Both the position numbers and the translations under genes were made by a program. The notes beneath the pieces were generated by a model that searched no databases, was not told where the DNA came from, and worked only from the letters and a program-made list of their open reading frames with translations. A stretch of DNA of 46,342 bases from Candidatus Woesearchaeota archaeon. Its GTDB lineage: Archaea > Nanobdellota > Nanobdellia > Pacearchaeales > GW2011-AR1. Numbering within the stretch: the first letter of the stretch is position 1; the number at the start of each line of letters is the position of its first letter. The DNA lies in NCBI GenBank assembly GCA_964360755.1, contig CAYHYE010000002.1, positions 1-46,342 on the forward strand. The letters run 5' to 3'. This document shows, one piece after another, positions 35,608 through 44,457 of this stretch.

Positions 35608-36492
35608 ATGGAAGGGGATATAAAAAATAAAAAAATCTTAATAACTGGATGTTCTGGACAAATAGGTAGAGGAGTAATTAGTGAATTAGAGAATATTTTT
35701 AGTAGTGAAGAAGAAATCCACTTATTACAGAACAGAAATTCAATAAATGATATAGTTTCTAAAAAAAGAAAAGTAAACGTAAAAATAACAGAAAATCCAT
35801 TTGGAGAGAAATATGACTTTATTTTACATTTAGCAGCAATTACAGATACTAGCTATTCTGAAAGAGAGGAAAATAAAGATGAAGTAAGAAAGATAAATGT
35901 AGAATTAACGAGGAGATTATGTGATATATCTGATAAATTAATTTTAGTATCAACAGATCATGTGACTGGCAATACCTCATCTGAATCAAAAGAGTATGAT
36001 AACCCTAATCCTTGCAGTTTTTATGGTTTAACAAAACTAGAAGCAGAAAGGATAGTATTGGATAAGGAAGGATCAGTAATAAGAATTCAAACAATGCTTG
36101 GAGTAGATAATAAAATAATAAATGCTGCAGTACAAGCTTTACAAGATAAGGAACATGTTCCTTTTTCGATAGATGATTATGTAAGACCAAGTTATTTTGG
36201 TGATTTTTTAAAAGTATTGAAAAGAATTTATAGTTCTAATTTAGAAGGGATGTTTCATTTATCTTGTAATGGAAGAGCTTTTTCAAGGTATGAATTAGCC
36301 ACGAAATTTTTGCAAATATGGACAGAAGCAGGTCTTCCAACAAAAGTTGGAGAGTTAAAATATGAAAATAGAAAATCTGGTCCGAGAAGACTCGTTCTTA
36401 ATACTGAATATACAGAAAAAACATTAAATGTAACTTTTACGAATTCTTTAGATGCATTAACTAGTCATTTGAGATTATTTTTACATAAATGA
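35608..36492 (+). CDS. extended-SDR NAD(P)-dependent sugar reductase/epimerase, RmlD-like
   Basis: ILITGCSGQIGR (GxxGxxG), LVSTDHV, and PCSFYGLTKLEAE (YxxxK) in RmlD-like spacing. TGCTTATAAAAGT at 35578-35590 sits about 24 nt upstream. Confidence 0.7.
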   Translation: MEGDIKNKKILITGCSGQIGRGVISELENIFSSEEEIHLLQNRNSINDIVSKKRKVNVKITENPFGEKYDFILHLAAITDTSYSEREENKDEVRKINVELTRRLCDISDKLILVSTDHVTGNTSSESKEYDNPNPCSFYGLTKLEAERIVLDKEGSVIRIQTMLGVDNKIINAAVQALQDKEHVPFSIDDYVRPSYFGDFLKVLKRIYSSNLEGMFHLSCNGRAFSRYELATKFLQIWTEAGLPTKVGELKYENRKSGPRRLVLNTEYTEKTLNVTFTNSLDALTSHLRLFLHK

Positions 36493-36537
36493 GAAAAGGG
36501 TTGTTATTAATATATTATATATTCTTTTCAATAATAC

Positions 36538-36552
36538 AAATCTTTTTATAGT
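36538..36552 (+). promoter_or_regulatory. putative TATA promoter of ORF 36572
   Basis: AAATCTTTTTATAGT is centred about 26 nt upstream of ATG 36572. This argues for that ATG rather than the track's GTG 36563. Confidence 0.4.
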
Positions 36553-36571
36553 CAATGATAATGTGGCTTTC

Positions 36572-37702
36572 ATGCCACAAACAGATATATACCATTTCAA
36601 AGTTTTCAAAGCAGATGCTCGTCTTAAAGATAAAACAGCTCCAGAAAAAGGCATGGTTTTAAGGTTATTTTATCCAGAAAACCAGGAAGATGTTCATGGA
36701 AGATTCCCAGAAAGCCAGGAAAGCTTAAGATTTGGAATAAACTCTTTGGAAGAATTATTAAATCATGGATTTGCTGAAATAGCAGATCAAAACAATCCTG
36801 TAAAGCCTGCTTCTGCTGGTTCTATTTATGTCTTAAACGATGATGTGATTATATGTCATAGAAGGGACAAATTTGCACCAACCCATAAAATGTATCATAG
36901 TGCATACGCAGGATATACTCACTCAAAAGAATTTACTTTTAGCGGAGAAGGTTTAGTTCAAACTGGACTTCGTGAAACAGCAGAAGAAGTTTTGATAATG
37001 ACAAATGAAGCAAAACCGAAACTTATAGTTCCAAATGATTCAAAGGAATATACTATTGAATCTGCAAAAAGGATAGGAATAGATATAGATAAAGTTAAAC
37101 CAATGTTTATTGATGTTGAAGAATTAGAGCCTAGTGATGAATTAGAAGTTTATTGGGAAAATGGAGAATTAATTTATAAAGTAAAAGCTTTTTTAGACAT
37201 AATAAGAGAATCTCAAACAAGTATTAATTCATTGCAAATAAGAAAACTTCCATTTAGTTCTGAAGAAGTAGTTCCCGTAGATGCAGAGGGAACACCAAAA
37301 AAAGATGGTGGATGGAATTGGTTTAATAGAGAATCTTATATGATTCCAATTTCGAGCATTGAAAATAGACCATTTGGTTCAATATTAGAAAATCCAAGAG
37401 TTTATCAAACAAGAATAGTTAATGGAATTCCAGAAGTTTATACTCCAGAATACAACCCTCCTTATTTAGGGCCAGGTATTGAATTAGTATTAAAGGATGG
37501 TTCTTCATTGCCAGGAATTAGAGCTCCTGTAGAAGTTACTCATCCACATCTCTTTGCTCCAGAAAATTTATTAGCAACTGTATTAGATGGGTTAGGAGTT
37601 GGTGGATATAAAGGAAGAAAGGTTCATATTGAAAAATGGAAAGAGGAATGTATGTTAAATAAAATTCCCTTGCTTCCACATAGTGTTCTAAAAAAGAAAT
37701 AA
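36572..37702 (+). CDS. hypothetical protein with a degenerate Nudix-like segment
   Basis: 376 aa. ...SGEGLVQTGLRETAEEVLIM resembles the RE..EE half of a Nudix box, but the upstream G-x5-E is not intact. The gene is visibly GC-richer than its neighbours. Confidence 0.5.
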   Translation: MPQTDIYHFKVFKADARLKDKTAPEKGMVLRLFYPENQEDVHGRFPESQESLRFGINSLEELLNHGFAEIADQNNPVKPASAGSIYVLNDDVIICHRRDKFAPTHKMYHSAYAGYTHSKEFTFSGEGLVQTGLRETAEEVLIMTNEAKPKLIVPNDSKEYTIESAKRIGIDIDKVKPMFIDVEELEPSDELEVYWENGELIYKVKAFLDIIRESQTSINSLQIRKLPFSSEEVVPVDAEGTPKKDGGWNWFNRESYMIPISSIENRPFGSILENPRVYQTRIVNGIPEVYTPEYNPPYLGPGIELVLKDGSSLPGIRAPVEVTHPHLFAPENLLATVLDGLGVGGYKGRKVHIEKWKEECMLNKIPLLPHSVLKKK

Positions 37703-37743
37703 ATAATAGGGGAGTTTATCATTCCACGCAATTAGTATAAAAG

Positions 37744-37758
37744 ATATCTTTATAATAT
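37744..37758 (+). promoter_or_regulatory. putative TATA promoter of the FemAB-like gene
   Basis: ATATCTTTATAATAT is centred about 26 nt upstream of ATG 37778. Confidence 0.4.
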
Positions 37759-37777
37759 TAATTATATTTTAAAACAT

Positions 37778-38377
37778 ATGAAAGACACCAATGCAACAGT
37801 AATTGTAGATTTAAATCAAACTGAAGAAGAAATACTAAAAAATTTACATAAAGATGCTAGATGGGGAATTGGAAGAGCTAAAAAGGAAAATTTGAATGTT
37901 GAAATTTCTAATAACAAAAAAGATTGGGAAGAATTCTATGAAATTTATAAAAATACAATCTCTAAAGGCGGAGCAAATATAGAAACTTTAGAGCATGTTA
38001 AAGAGCATGGGCAGATATTCTTTACATGTAAAAAAAATGGTAAACTTGTAGCAGGAGCTACACTTGAAATAATTAAAGGACAACCTCCAAGACTTTCAAG
38101 AAATGCTTCATTAAATGAATATCAAAAAATGCAACCAAATAATTTATTATACTGGGAGTGTATAAAATGGAGCAAATCTAATGGTTATAAAAGATTAGAC
38201 CTTGGAGGGTATCAAATTAATCCAATTGGACATATAAAAGGGGTTAATAAATTCAAGGAAAAATGGGGCAGAATAGTTTATTATTATAAAGATTATCCTA
38301 TACATATTGCAATAGGAAGAAAGCTTTTTAGAAAATCTAAGCTTGCAAGGATTATAAAAAATAAAATTAGAGGATAA
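37778..38377 (+). CDS. GNAT-fold FemAB-like / Acetyltransf_6-type acyl- or aminoacyl-transferase
   Basis: EEILKNLHKDARWGIGRAKKENLNVE and NLLYWECIKWSKSNGYKRLDLGG blocks resemble single-domain FemAB-family proteins from exopolysaccharide loci. Confidence 0.55.
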   Translation: MKDTNATVIVDLNQTEEEILKNLHKDARWGIGRAKKENLNVEISNNKKDWEEFYEIYKNTISKGGANIETLEHVKEHGQIFFTCKKNGKLVAGATLEIIKGQPPRLSRNASLNEYQKMQPNNLLYWECIKWSKSNGYKRLDLGGYQINPIGHIKGVNKFKEKWGRIVYYYKDYPIHIAIGRKLFRKSKLARIIKNKIRG

Positions 38378-38378
38378 A

Positions 38379-39737
38379 TTGATAAAAGGAAAAAAAGAGA
38401 CTGTTTTTGCTTTTGGTTATAGCATAGCATCAAAAGTAATAGTTTATTTAGTATTGCTAGTTTTTGCTAATCTTTATCTTCCAAGTGAATATGGAATGGG
38501 AAGTTTTGTATTTAATATTAGGAATTTAATAATGTTATTTGTATTTTTAGGATTGCCAGACGCTTTAATTCCTTTATTAGTTAAAAAAAAGAAAATTGGG
38601 TCAATATTTGGGATATTATCTATAATAACCTGTTTTATATTTGGTATTGGATTAATATTAACAATAAAATTCCCGTGGATATTTCCTTTAGTTATAACCT
38701 TCCCACTAATTATGTTAACTTCTATTGCAATGGCTTTTTGGAGAGCTAAATCGAAATATGATTATCCAATTAAAGTTGGATTGTTTTCAATTATACTAAC
38801 TTTAATTTTTGCTTATCTTTTGAAAGACTACGGAAAATTTGGAGTTATAACAGCTTATTCAATAGGAAATTTATTTTCTTTTATCGCTATTGCATATCCT
38901 ATTAGAAAAGAGCTTATTTTAAATTTTAAAGAAAAAAATAATTTCAATCTAAGTAAAGCTTATTTTAAATCAGCTCTGACAATTACAATGATTGGAAGTA
39001 TATTTACTCTTTTTAATTGGGTGAATTCTACATTATTAGGATTTTTTGGCAAATTTGAATCTGTGGCTGAATTCAGCATTGCAAGTTCAATTGCAGGAGT
39101 AGTTGCAATAATTCCTTTTACCCTATCCATGTTTATGATAACAAGGGCTGGGCAGATAGCAAGCATTAAAAAATCAAAAAGAGTTCTACATAGGGTTACA
39201 AGAATATCCTTTTTTTGCACCCTTTTATTATCATCTATACTAATTTCATTTATTTTTCCAATAATCAAAATATTTTTCTCTCAGTATGTTGGAAGTGAAA
39301 TTTACATTGCTATATTAACCATAGGGATGGTGTTTTTTTCATCATATTATATAATATATTCCTATTATGTCGGAAAATTAAAGTCTGAAAAAGCACTATT
39401 TCCTGTAATACTAGGAATAATGATAAATCTAATATTAGGAGTAATCTTAATTCCTATAATATCAGTATTAGGTGTTGTAATAGCTATTTCTCTAGCACAC
39501 TTTATTATACTTTTAATAATTAGCAAAAACGAAGAGATAAAAAAGATCTTATTGATGTCTTTTTTTAGTGTGTTTTTTATACTAATTGTATTTAAATTAA
39601 GGTATTTTGGAATAATTTTTTCAGCATTACTTACTCCTTTATGCTTATTTTTTAAAATAATAACAAAAGAGGATTTATTAGTCATAAAAAATACTATTTA
39701 TGAGATTATTACTAATAAAAAAGATAATAAAAATTGA
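38379..39737 (+). CDS. polysaccharide flippase (MOP/Wzx-like)
   Basis: 452 aa with about 12-14 TMs. It appears to use a TTG start 1 nt after the upstream stop, because the first in-frame ATG would delete TM1. Confidence 0.65.
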   Translation: MIKGKKETVFAFGYSIASKVIVYLVLLVFANLYLPSEYGMGSFVFNIRNLIMLFVFLGLPDALIPLLVKKKKIGSIFGILSIITCFIFGIGLILTIKFPWIFPLVITFPLIMLTSIAMAFWRAKSKYDYPIKVGLFSIILTLIFAYLLKDYGKFGVITAYSIGNLFSFIAIAYPIRKELILNFKEKNNFNLSKAYFKSALTITMIGSIFTLFNWVNSTLLGFFGKFESVAEFSIASSIAGVVAIIPFTLSMFMITRAGQIASIKKSKRVLHRVTRISFFCTLLLSSILISFIFPIIKIFFSQYVGSEIYIAILTIGMVFFSSYYIIYSYYVGKLKSEKALFPVILGIMINLILGVILIPIISVLGVVIAISLAHFIILLIISKNEEIKKILLMSFFSVFFILIVFKLRYFGIIFSALLTPLCLFFKIITKEDLLVIKNTIYEIITNKKDNKN

Positions 39738-39740
39738 TTT

Positions 39741-40013
39741 TTAATCTGGTCTAATTTTAACTTCTCCATTTTTTATTTTACATTGACATAGTAATCTATA
39801 AGGTCCATTGATATTTGGAAATTCTATCTCGTTTTTTGTTAGTTTTGTTAAATTTTTCATGCCATCTATGATTTCAACTCTGCATGAGCCACATTTACCA
39901 TCTTCACACCCAAATAAAACGTTTAATTGTTCTGCTGCATTTTTAAGTGAATCATTATCATTATCTATTACTTCTCTTTCTTCTTTAGAAACAACATTTA
40001 TTATTTTTGCCAT
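39741..40013 (-). CDS. plant-type [2Fe-2S] ferredoxin-like protein
   Basis: C-x4-C-x2-C (CEDGKCGSC) plus a distal Cys (LLCQC). 90 aa. Confidence 0.7.
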   Translation of the reverse strand: MAKIINVVSKEEREVIDNDNDSLKNAAEQLNVLFGCEDGKCGSCRVEIIDGMKNLTKLTKNEIEFPNINGPYRLLCQCKIKNGEVKIRPD

Positions 40014-40043
40014 GTTTATATAATTTTCATCAATATTAACTAT

Positions 40044-41450
40044 TTAAGATTTTGCCCAGATTTCTACAAAAGACTCACCAATATTATCAAATTTTTTTTC
40101 TAATTGAAAATTTTCTTTTATACATTCTAAATTTTCTTCACCAAGAAATTTTTTTCTATGTGTTAAGATTAAATAATCCTGCATCTTTGAGAATTTGCAA
40201 AAGTCCGTTAAATCAAAAACAGATACTACGCTTGGAGCTATAAAAAAAAGTTTATAGTTATTTTCATAATTACCTAAAAAATAATATATTGGATTATCTG
40301 AAAAGACTTCAGAGTTTTTTGGTATTAGTAAGTTAATTTGTTCTATAATTGTTTCAGGACTATTAGATCTATTTTTTATAAATTCATTTAAAAATGTCAA
40401 AGAGGAATATATAAAAAATATAATGATTAATACTGAAAGTATTTTATTTAGTTCTTTGTTTTTTATATATGAAAAAGAATATACTACATAAATTGATATA
40501 AATGGAATAAATTGAAATAAATGTTGCTCAAATATCTCTTTACTTAAAACTAAAAAGATTAACATTATAATAAAGTAATTTATGAAAAAACTTTCTAGTT
40601 TTTTTTCTTTACCTTGCTTAATAAATATAAATGGAATTAATAATCCAAACATTGAGATAATTAATAAAAAAAGCTTCCCTATAACTAAGATTTTACTCGA
40701 AGAACCTGTGAATAAAATATTGAAAGTAATAATAGAATAAAAAAATTTACTAAAACCTATTGTGTATAAAAAATAAGAGAGTAATGGTATACTAATAACA
40801 ATTATTCCTAAGATTATAAGAATATTATTTCTTAAAATATTTTTAAACAATTCATGTTTTTTATGATACAAATAAATTTGATGTGTTAAGATACTAATAA
40901 AGAATATGATTCCTGGTTGTTTGAACCATATAGAAAAACCAATAAAAATTCCAGATAATAGTAATAAAATTGGTTTTTCTTTGTTAAGGTGAGATAAATA
41001 AAAATAAACGCCCCAAAGTCCAAAAATTATCATGGGGATTTCCATTGCAGGAATATTTGTAATAAAAAAAACAGATGAAATTGCTGTTGAGATAATTGCT
41101 AGTTTGTAGCTTAACATAAGTTTTGTTACAATAAAAATAGATATTAATAAAATAACTCCTATGAAAAATGAAAACACATTAGTTGAGATAATAGACTCTC
41201 CAAAAAGTTTAAAAAATAATGCTAAGGAATAATAAGTTAGTGGTGGTTTATGGTCAAAAAGGTCTATATATGGTAACTTGCCATTATTAATTTCTTTTGC
41301 AATATATGATAATGCTCCAGTATCAAATCCTGGTGGTTGTGAAAAAATTAAATATATCTTGAAAGATAAAACAAAAATTAAAACAAAAACTGAAATAATT
41401 AAAGTAAGGTTTTTAATAAATATATTTTCATTTGTAAGTTTATTTTCCAT
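40044..41450 (-). CDS. GT-C fold membrane glycosyltransferase (ArnT/PMT-like)
   Basis: 468 aa. The first loop, PPGFDTGALSYIAKEINNGKLPYIDLFDHKPPL, matches the ArnT/PMT_2 pattern, and there are more than 10 TMs. The minus-strand AGCTTATAAATAAAT (41467-41481) sits about 24 nt upstream. Confidence 0.7.
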   Translation of the reverse strand: MENKLTNENIFIKNLTLIISVFVLIFVLSFKIYLIFSQPPGFDTGALSYIAKEINNGKLPYIDLFDHKPPLTYYSLALFFKLFGESIISTNVFSFFIGVILLISIFIVTKLMLSYKLAIISTAISSVFFITNIPAMEIPMIIFGLWGVYFYLSHLNKEKPILLLLSGIFIGFSIWFKQPGIIFFISILTHQIYLYHKKHELFKNILRNNILIILGIIVISIPLLSYFLYTIGFSKFFYSIITFNILFTGSSSKILVIGKLFLLIISMFGLLIPFIFIKQGKEKKLESFFINYFIIMLIFLVLSKEIFEQHLFQFIPFISIYVVYSFSYIKNKELNKILSVLIIIFFIYSSLTFLNEFIKNRSNSPETIIEQINLLIPKNSEVFSDNPIYYFLGNYENNYKLFFIAPSVVSVFDLTDFCKFSKMQDYLILTHRKKFLGEENLECIKENFQLEKKFDNIGESFVEIWAKS

Positions 41451-41500
41451 TAACCAAATCTTTTTGATTTATTTATAAGCTTTTATATAGTTTTACTTAA

Positions 41501-41516
41501 GAACCTTTATATATAT
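41501..41516 (+). promoter_or_regulatory. putative TATA promoter of the FAD-oxidoreductase gene
   Basis: GAACCTTTATATATAT is centred about 25 nt upstream of ATG 41535. Confidence 0.4.
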
Positions 41517-41534
41517 GGGATTATCTAAAGAAAA

Positions 41535-42839
41535 ATGGCAAAAATAGGAATAATTGGTGGAGGATATACTGGACTTGGAGTAGGATATTACTTAAAAGAC
41601 TTAACTAATCATGAAGTAACAATTATTGAGCATAATAATTTTGTTGGAGGATTAGCTTCTGGAATAAAAGTTAAAGAATGGGAATGGCCTGTTGATAAAG
41701 TTATTCATCATTTTTTTACAAGCGATAGCTATGCACTAGGTATCGCCAAAGAAATTGGAATGGGTGATAAATTAATCATAAAAGATACTAAATCTTCATG
41801 TTATTATAATGGTAAAATAGCAGAACTAGATTCTCCATTTTCATTATTAAAATTTCCATTTATTTCTTTCATAAATAGGTTGAGAACAGGACTTGTTATG
41901 TTTTGGATAAGATTAGACAAAAATTATTTAAAATATGAAAAAATTACGTCTTTTAATTTTATAAAAAAGTATATGGGCAAGAATTCTTTTGAAGTTATTT
42001 GGAAACCTCTTTTTAATGGGAAATTTGGAAAATATGCTGAACAGATTAATGCTGCCTGGTTTTGGGCTAGAATACATCCACGTACAAAGAATTTAGCTTA
42101 TATTGGTGGAGGATTTCAAACATATGCTGATAAAATTGCAGATGAAATTAAAAAATCTAATGCTAAGATTATGCTAAACTCAAAAATTAGAAAAATTAAG
42201 CACAATAATGGGAAATTTGAAGTATTTATTGGAAAGAAAAAATTTATTTTTGATATAATTGTATTTGCTGTACCACTACAAGTTGCTCTTAAATTATTTA
42301 AATTTCCTAAAGAATATTATGAAAATCATAGCCAATTAAAGTCAATTGGCGCTCAATATTTTGTTTTAGAATTAAATCATAGTTTTCTTGATGATGGGAC
42401 TTATTGGTTAAATGTTAATGACGAAACTTTTCCATTTATGATGGTGGCAGAACACACAAATTTTATTGATAAAAAATATTATAATAATAAACACATTATT
42501 TGGGTTGGAAAATATCTTGATTATGATGATAAATTATGGCAGCTTAGTGAAGATAAATTCCTTGAAATGATTATCCCTTGTTTGAAAAAAATTAATCCTA
42601 GGTTTGAACGTTCTTGGATTAATAGGAGTTTTTTTACTCGTTTTACAAATGCTCAGCCAATACTCCCACTGAATTATTCTAAGATGATTCCGCCTATAGA
42701 AACACCAATAAAAAATTTATTTATAGCAAATATGAATCATATATATCCTTGGGATAGGGGAACTAACCAAGCACTTTGGTTAGGAGAGAAAGTAGCTAAT
42801 ATACTTAAAAATAATGTTCTTTTAAAAAATAATAAATAA
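41535..42839 (+). CDS. FAD/NAD(P)-binding oxidoreductase (amine-oxidase / phytoene-desaturase / PPO-like fold)
   Basis: KIGIIGGGYTGLGVGYYL dinucleotide-binding motif, followed by EHNNFVGGLASG and a C-terminal WDRGTN region. 434 aa. Confidence 0.65.
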   Translation: MAKIGIIGGGYTGLGVGYYLKDLTNHEVTIIEHNNFVGGLASGIKVKEWEWPVDKVIHHFFTSDSYALGIAKEIGMGDKLIIKDTKSSCYYNGKIAELDSPFSLLKFPFISFINRLRTGLVMFWIRLDKNYLKYEKITSFNFIKKYMGKNSFEVIWKPLFNGKFGKYAEQINAAWFWARIHPRTKNLAYIGGGFQTYADKIADEIKKSNAKIMLNSKIRKIKHNNGKFEVFIGKKKFIFDIIVFAVPLQVALKLFKFPKEYYENHSQLKSIGAQYFVLELNHSFLDDGTYWLNVNDETFPFMMVAEHTNFIDKKYYNNKHIIWVGKYLDYDDKLWQLSEDKFLEMIIPCLKKINPRFERSWINRSFFTRFTNAQPILPLNYSKMIPPIETPIKNLFIANMNHIYPWDRGTNQALWLGEKVANILKNNVLLKNNK

Positions 42840-42845
42840 AATAAT

Positions 42846-43757
42846 TTAATTAATATTTCGATATGAATCTGCAGCTTCTTCAAAGTCTTTTAATGTAATA
42901 TGGGTCATTGGATGAGATAATGAATTGCCTATTATCACATTATTAGTTTTAATAGTTCGTAGAGTTTTTTTAATTTCTGGGATATTGTTTAAGCCTTCTA
43001 CAATTTTCTTAGGAATTGTTATAACTTGTGGTCTACATAAAGCGATTTTGTAAATGTCTTCCGGTAACCTAATACTTCCAACAATTAAAGAACTACTAGT
43101 ATCATCAAGTTTTTTAGCAACATAAGCTATTTGTTCTAATGTTCTACTCCAAGCTTGATCAAGAAATTTATCTTTTTCTACTTTTATAATATCTTTCCAA
43201 TTTCCATTATTGCTAATTGTATTTAAGCTTCCTGTTGCAAGCTCAACTATGTGGCCATCTAACATTCTATTTGCAAATAAACTTACATAAGTAGCTCCAG
43301 CTTTTGCAGCTTCCAATGCTTGATATGGAGTCATACAAGCTGTAACATTTGTTTTTATTCCTATCTTTGAAAGATATTCAGTAGCAATAATACCACCTCT
43401 AGATATTGGTATTTTTACAACAACTCTAGGACTTAAACTTGAAAGAACATTTGCTTGTTGTAATAAAGTTAATTTTACATCATCTACTCTTGAATCTAGA
43501 TCAGATAAATTAATTCCATTATGTGGAGGTTTAGTTTTATTTGGTTCTCTTAAATCAGTTTCAAGACTTACATCTATATTAGTATATCTTTCTAAAATAG
43601 ATTTACATGCTTGTTCAAAATTTGTAATTCCTGCGTTTTTCATTATTCTGGGATTTGTTGTTATACCGTCATTTACTCCTTTAGAAAAACAATAGTCTAT
43701 TTCAGAATGATCCGCTGTATCTGCAAAAAATTTAATATATGATTTCATTATTCCCAT
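42846..43757 (-). CDS. transaldolase / fructose-6-phosphate-aldolase family protein
   Basis: FFADTADHSEI...GVNDGITTNPRIM N-terminal block and VVVKIPISRGG (Schiff-base Lys context). At 303 aa it is longer than the minimal TalC/FSA type. 26-nt overlap with gmhA. Confidence 0.7.
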   Translation of the reverse strand: MGIMKSYIKFFADTADHSEIDYCFSKGVNDGITTNPRIMKNAGITNFEQACKSILERYTNIDVSLETDLREPNKTKPPHNGINLSDLDSRVDDVKLTLLQQANVLSSLSPRVVVKIPISRGGIIATEYLSKIGIKTNVTACMTPYQALEAAKAGATYVSLFANRMLDGHIVELATGSLNTISNNGNWKDIIKVEKDKFLDQAWSRTLEQIAYVAKKLDDTSSSLIVGSIRLPEDIYKIALCRPQVITIPKKIVEGLNNIPEIKKTLRTIKTNNVIIGNSLSHPMTHITLKDFEEAADSYRNIN

Positions 43758-44457
43758 TAATATTTTGTTTTTTTAGTATATCATTCAATTGAATTTTAAT
43801 TATAGGGTCTTCAGATTCATCTGCTAGAGATTTTATTTTATTAATTACATCTTTTTTTGAGTAATCATTAATTAAATCTACTAGTCTAAAAATGATTAAA
43901 TGCTGTAAAACTCCATGAAATCCTTCAACATGTGGAGTAGAATCTTTTGGTACAACAATACAAGCATCAGCCATCTCTTTTAATTTTCCACCATTAAAGC
44001 CAGATAATCCTAAAATTTTAGCTCCCCTTTCTTTTGCTAATTGCATTGCTTGGACAATATTACCAGACCATCCTGAACCACCATGAACTGAAATTAATAG
44101 AACTACATCGTCTTTGTCCAATAAAGTATTTAATAATCCAGTATAAGCATTGTCCCATCCAGAATCATTTGTCCAAGCAGTTAATGAAGCTACATTATCA
44201 TTTAAACAAATAGATTTAAATCCCTTTACTTTACTAATTTCTTTCATAGAACTGGTATTTGCAACAGTTTTTAGTAAATCTCCTGTAAAATGAGATGCTG
44301 TGCTTGAGGATCCACCATTTCCAACAGTAATAATTTTATTATTATTTTTCCAGGCATCAAATAATATTTTTATAAATTTATCAATGTCTTCTTTATTGAT
44401 AATTTGAGCTATTTCTTGAGTTTCTTTCAAATATTTTTCTATATATTCTTTATTCAT
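43732..44457 (-). CDS. gmhA: SIS-domain phosphoheptose (sedoheptulose-7-P) isomerase, GmhA-like
   Basis: KIITVGNGGSSSTASHFTGDL, NDSGWDNAY, DVVLLISVHGGS, GLSGFNGGKL..ADACIVVP and EGFHGVLQH run colinear with E. coli GmhA blocks, compared from memory. Confidence 0.7.
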   Translation of the reverse strand: MNKEYIEKYLKETQEIAQIINKEDIDKFIKILFDAWKNNNKIITVGNGGSSSTASHFTGDLLKTVANTSSMKEISKVKGFKSICLNDNVASLTAWTNDSGWDNAYTGLLNTLLDKDDVVLLISVHGGSGWSGNIVQAMQLAKERGAKILGLSGFNGGKLKEMADACIVVPKDSTPHVEGFHGVLQHLIIFRLVDLINDYSKKDVINKIKSLADESEDPIIKIQLNDILKKQNINGNNEIIY

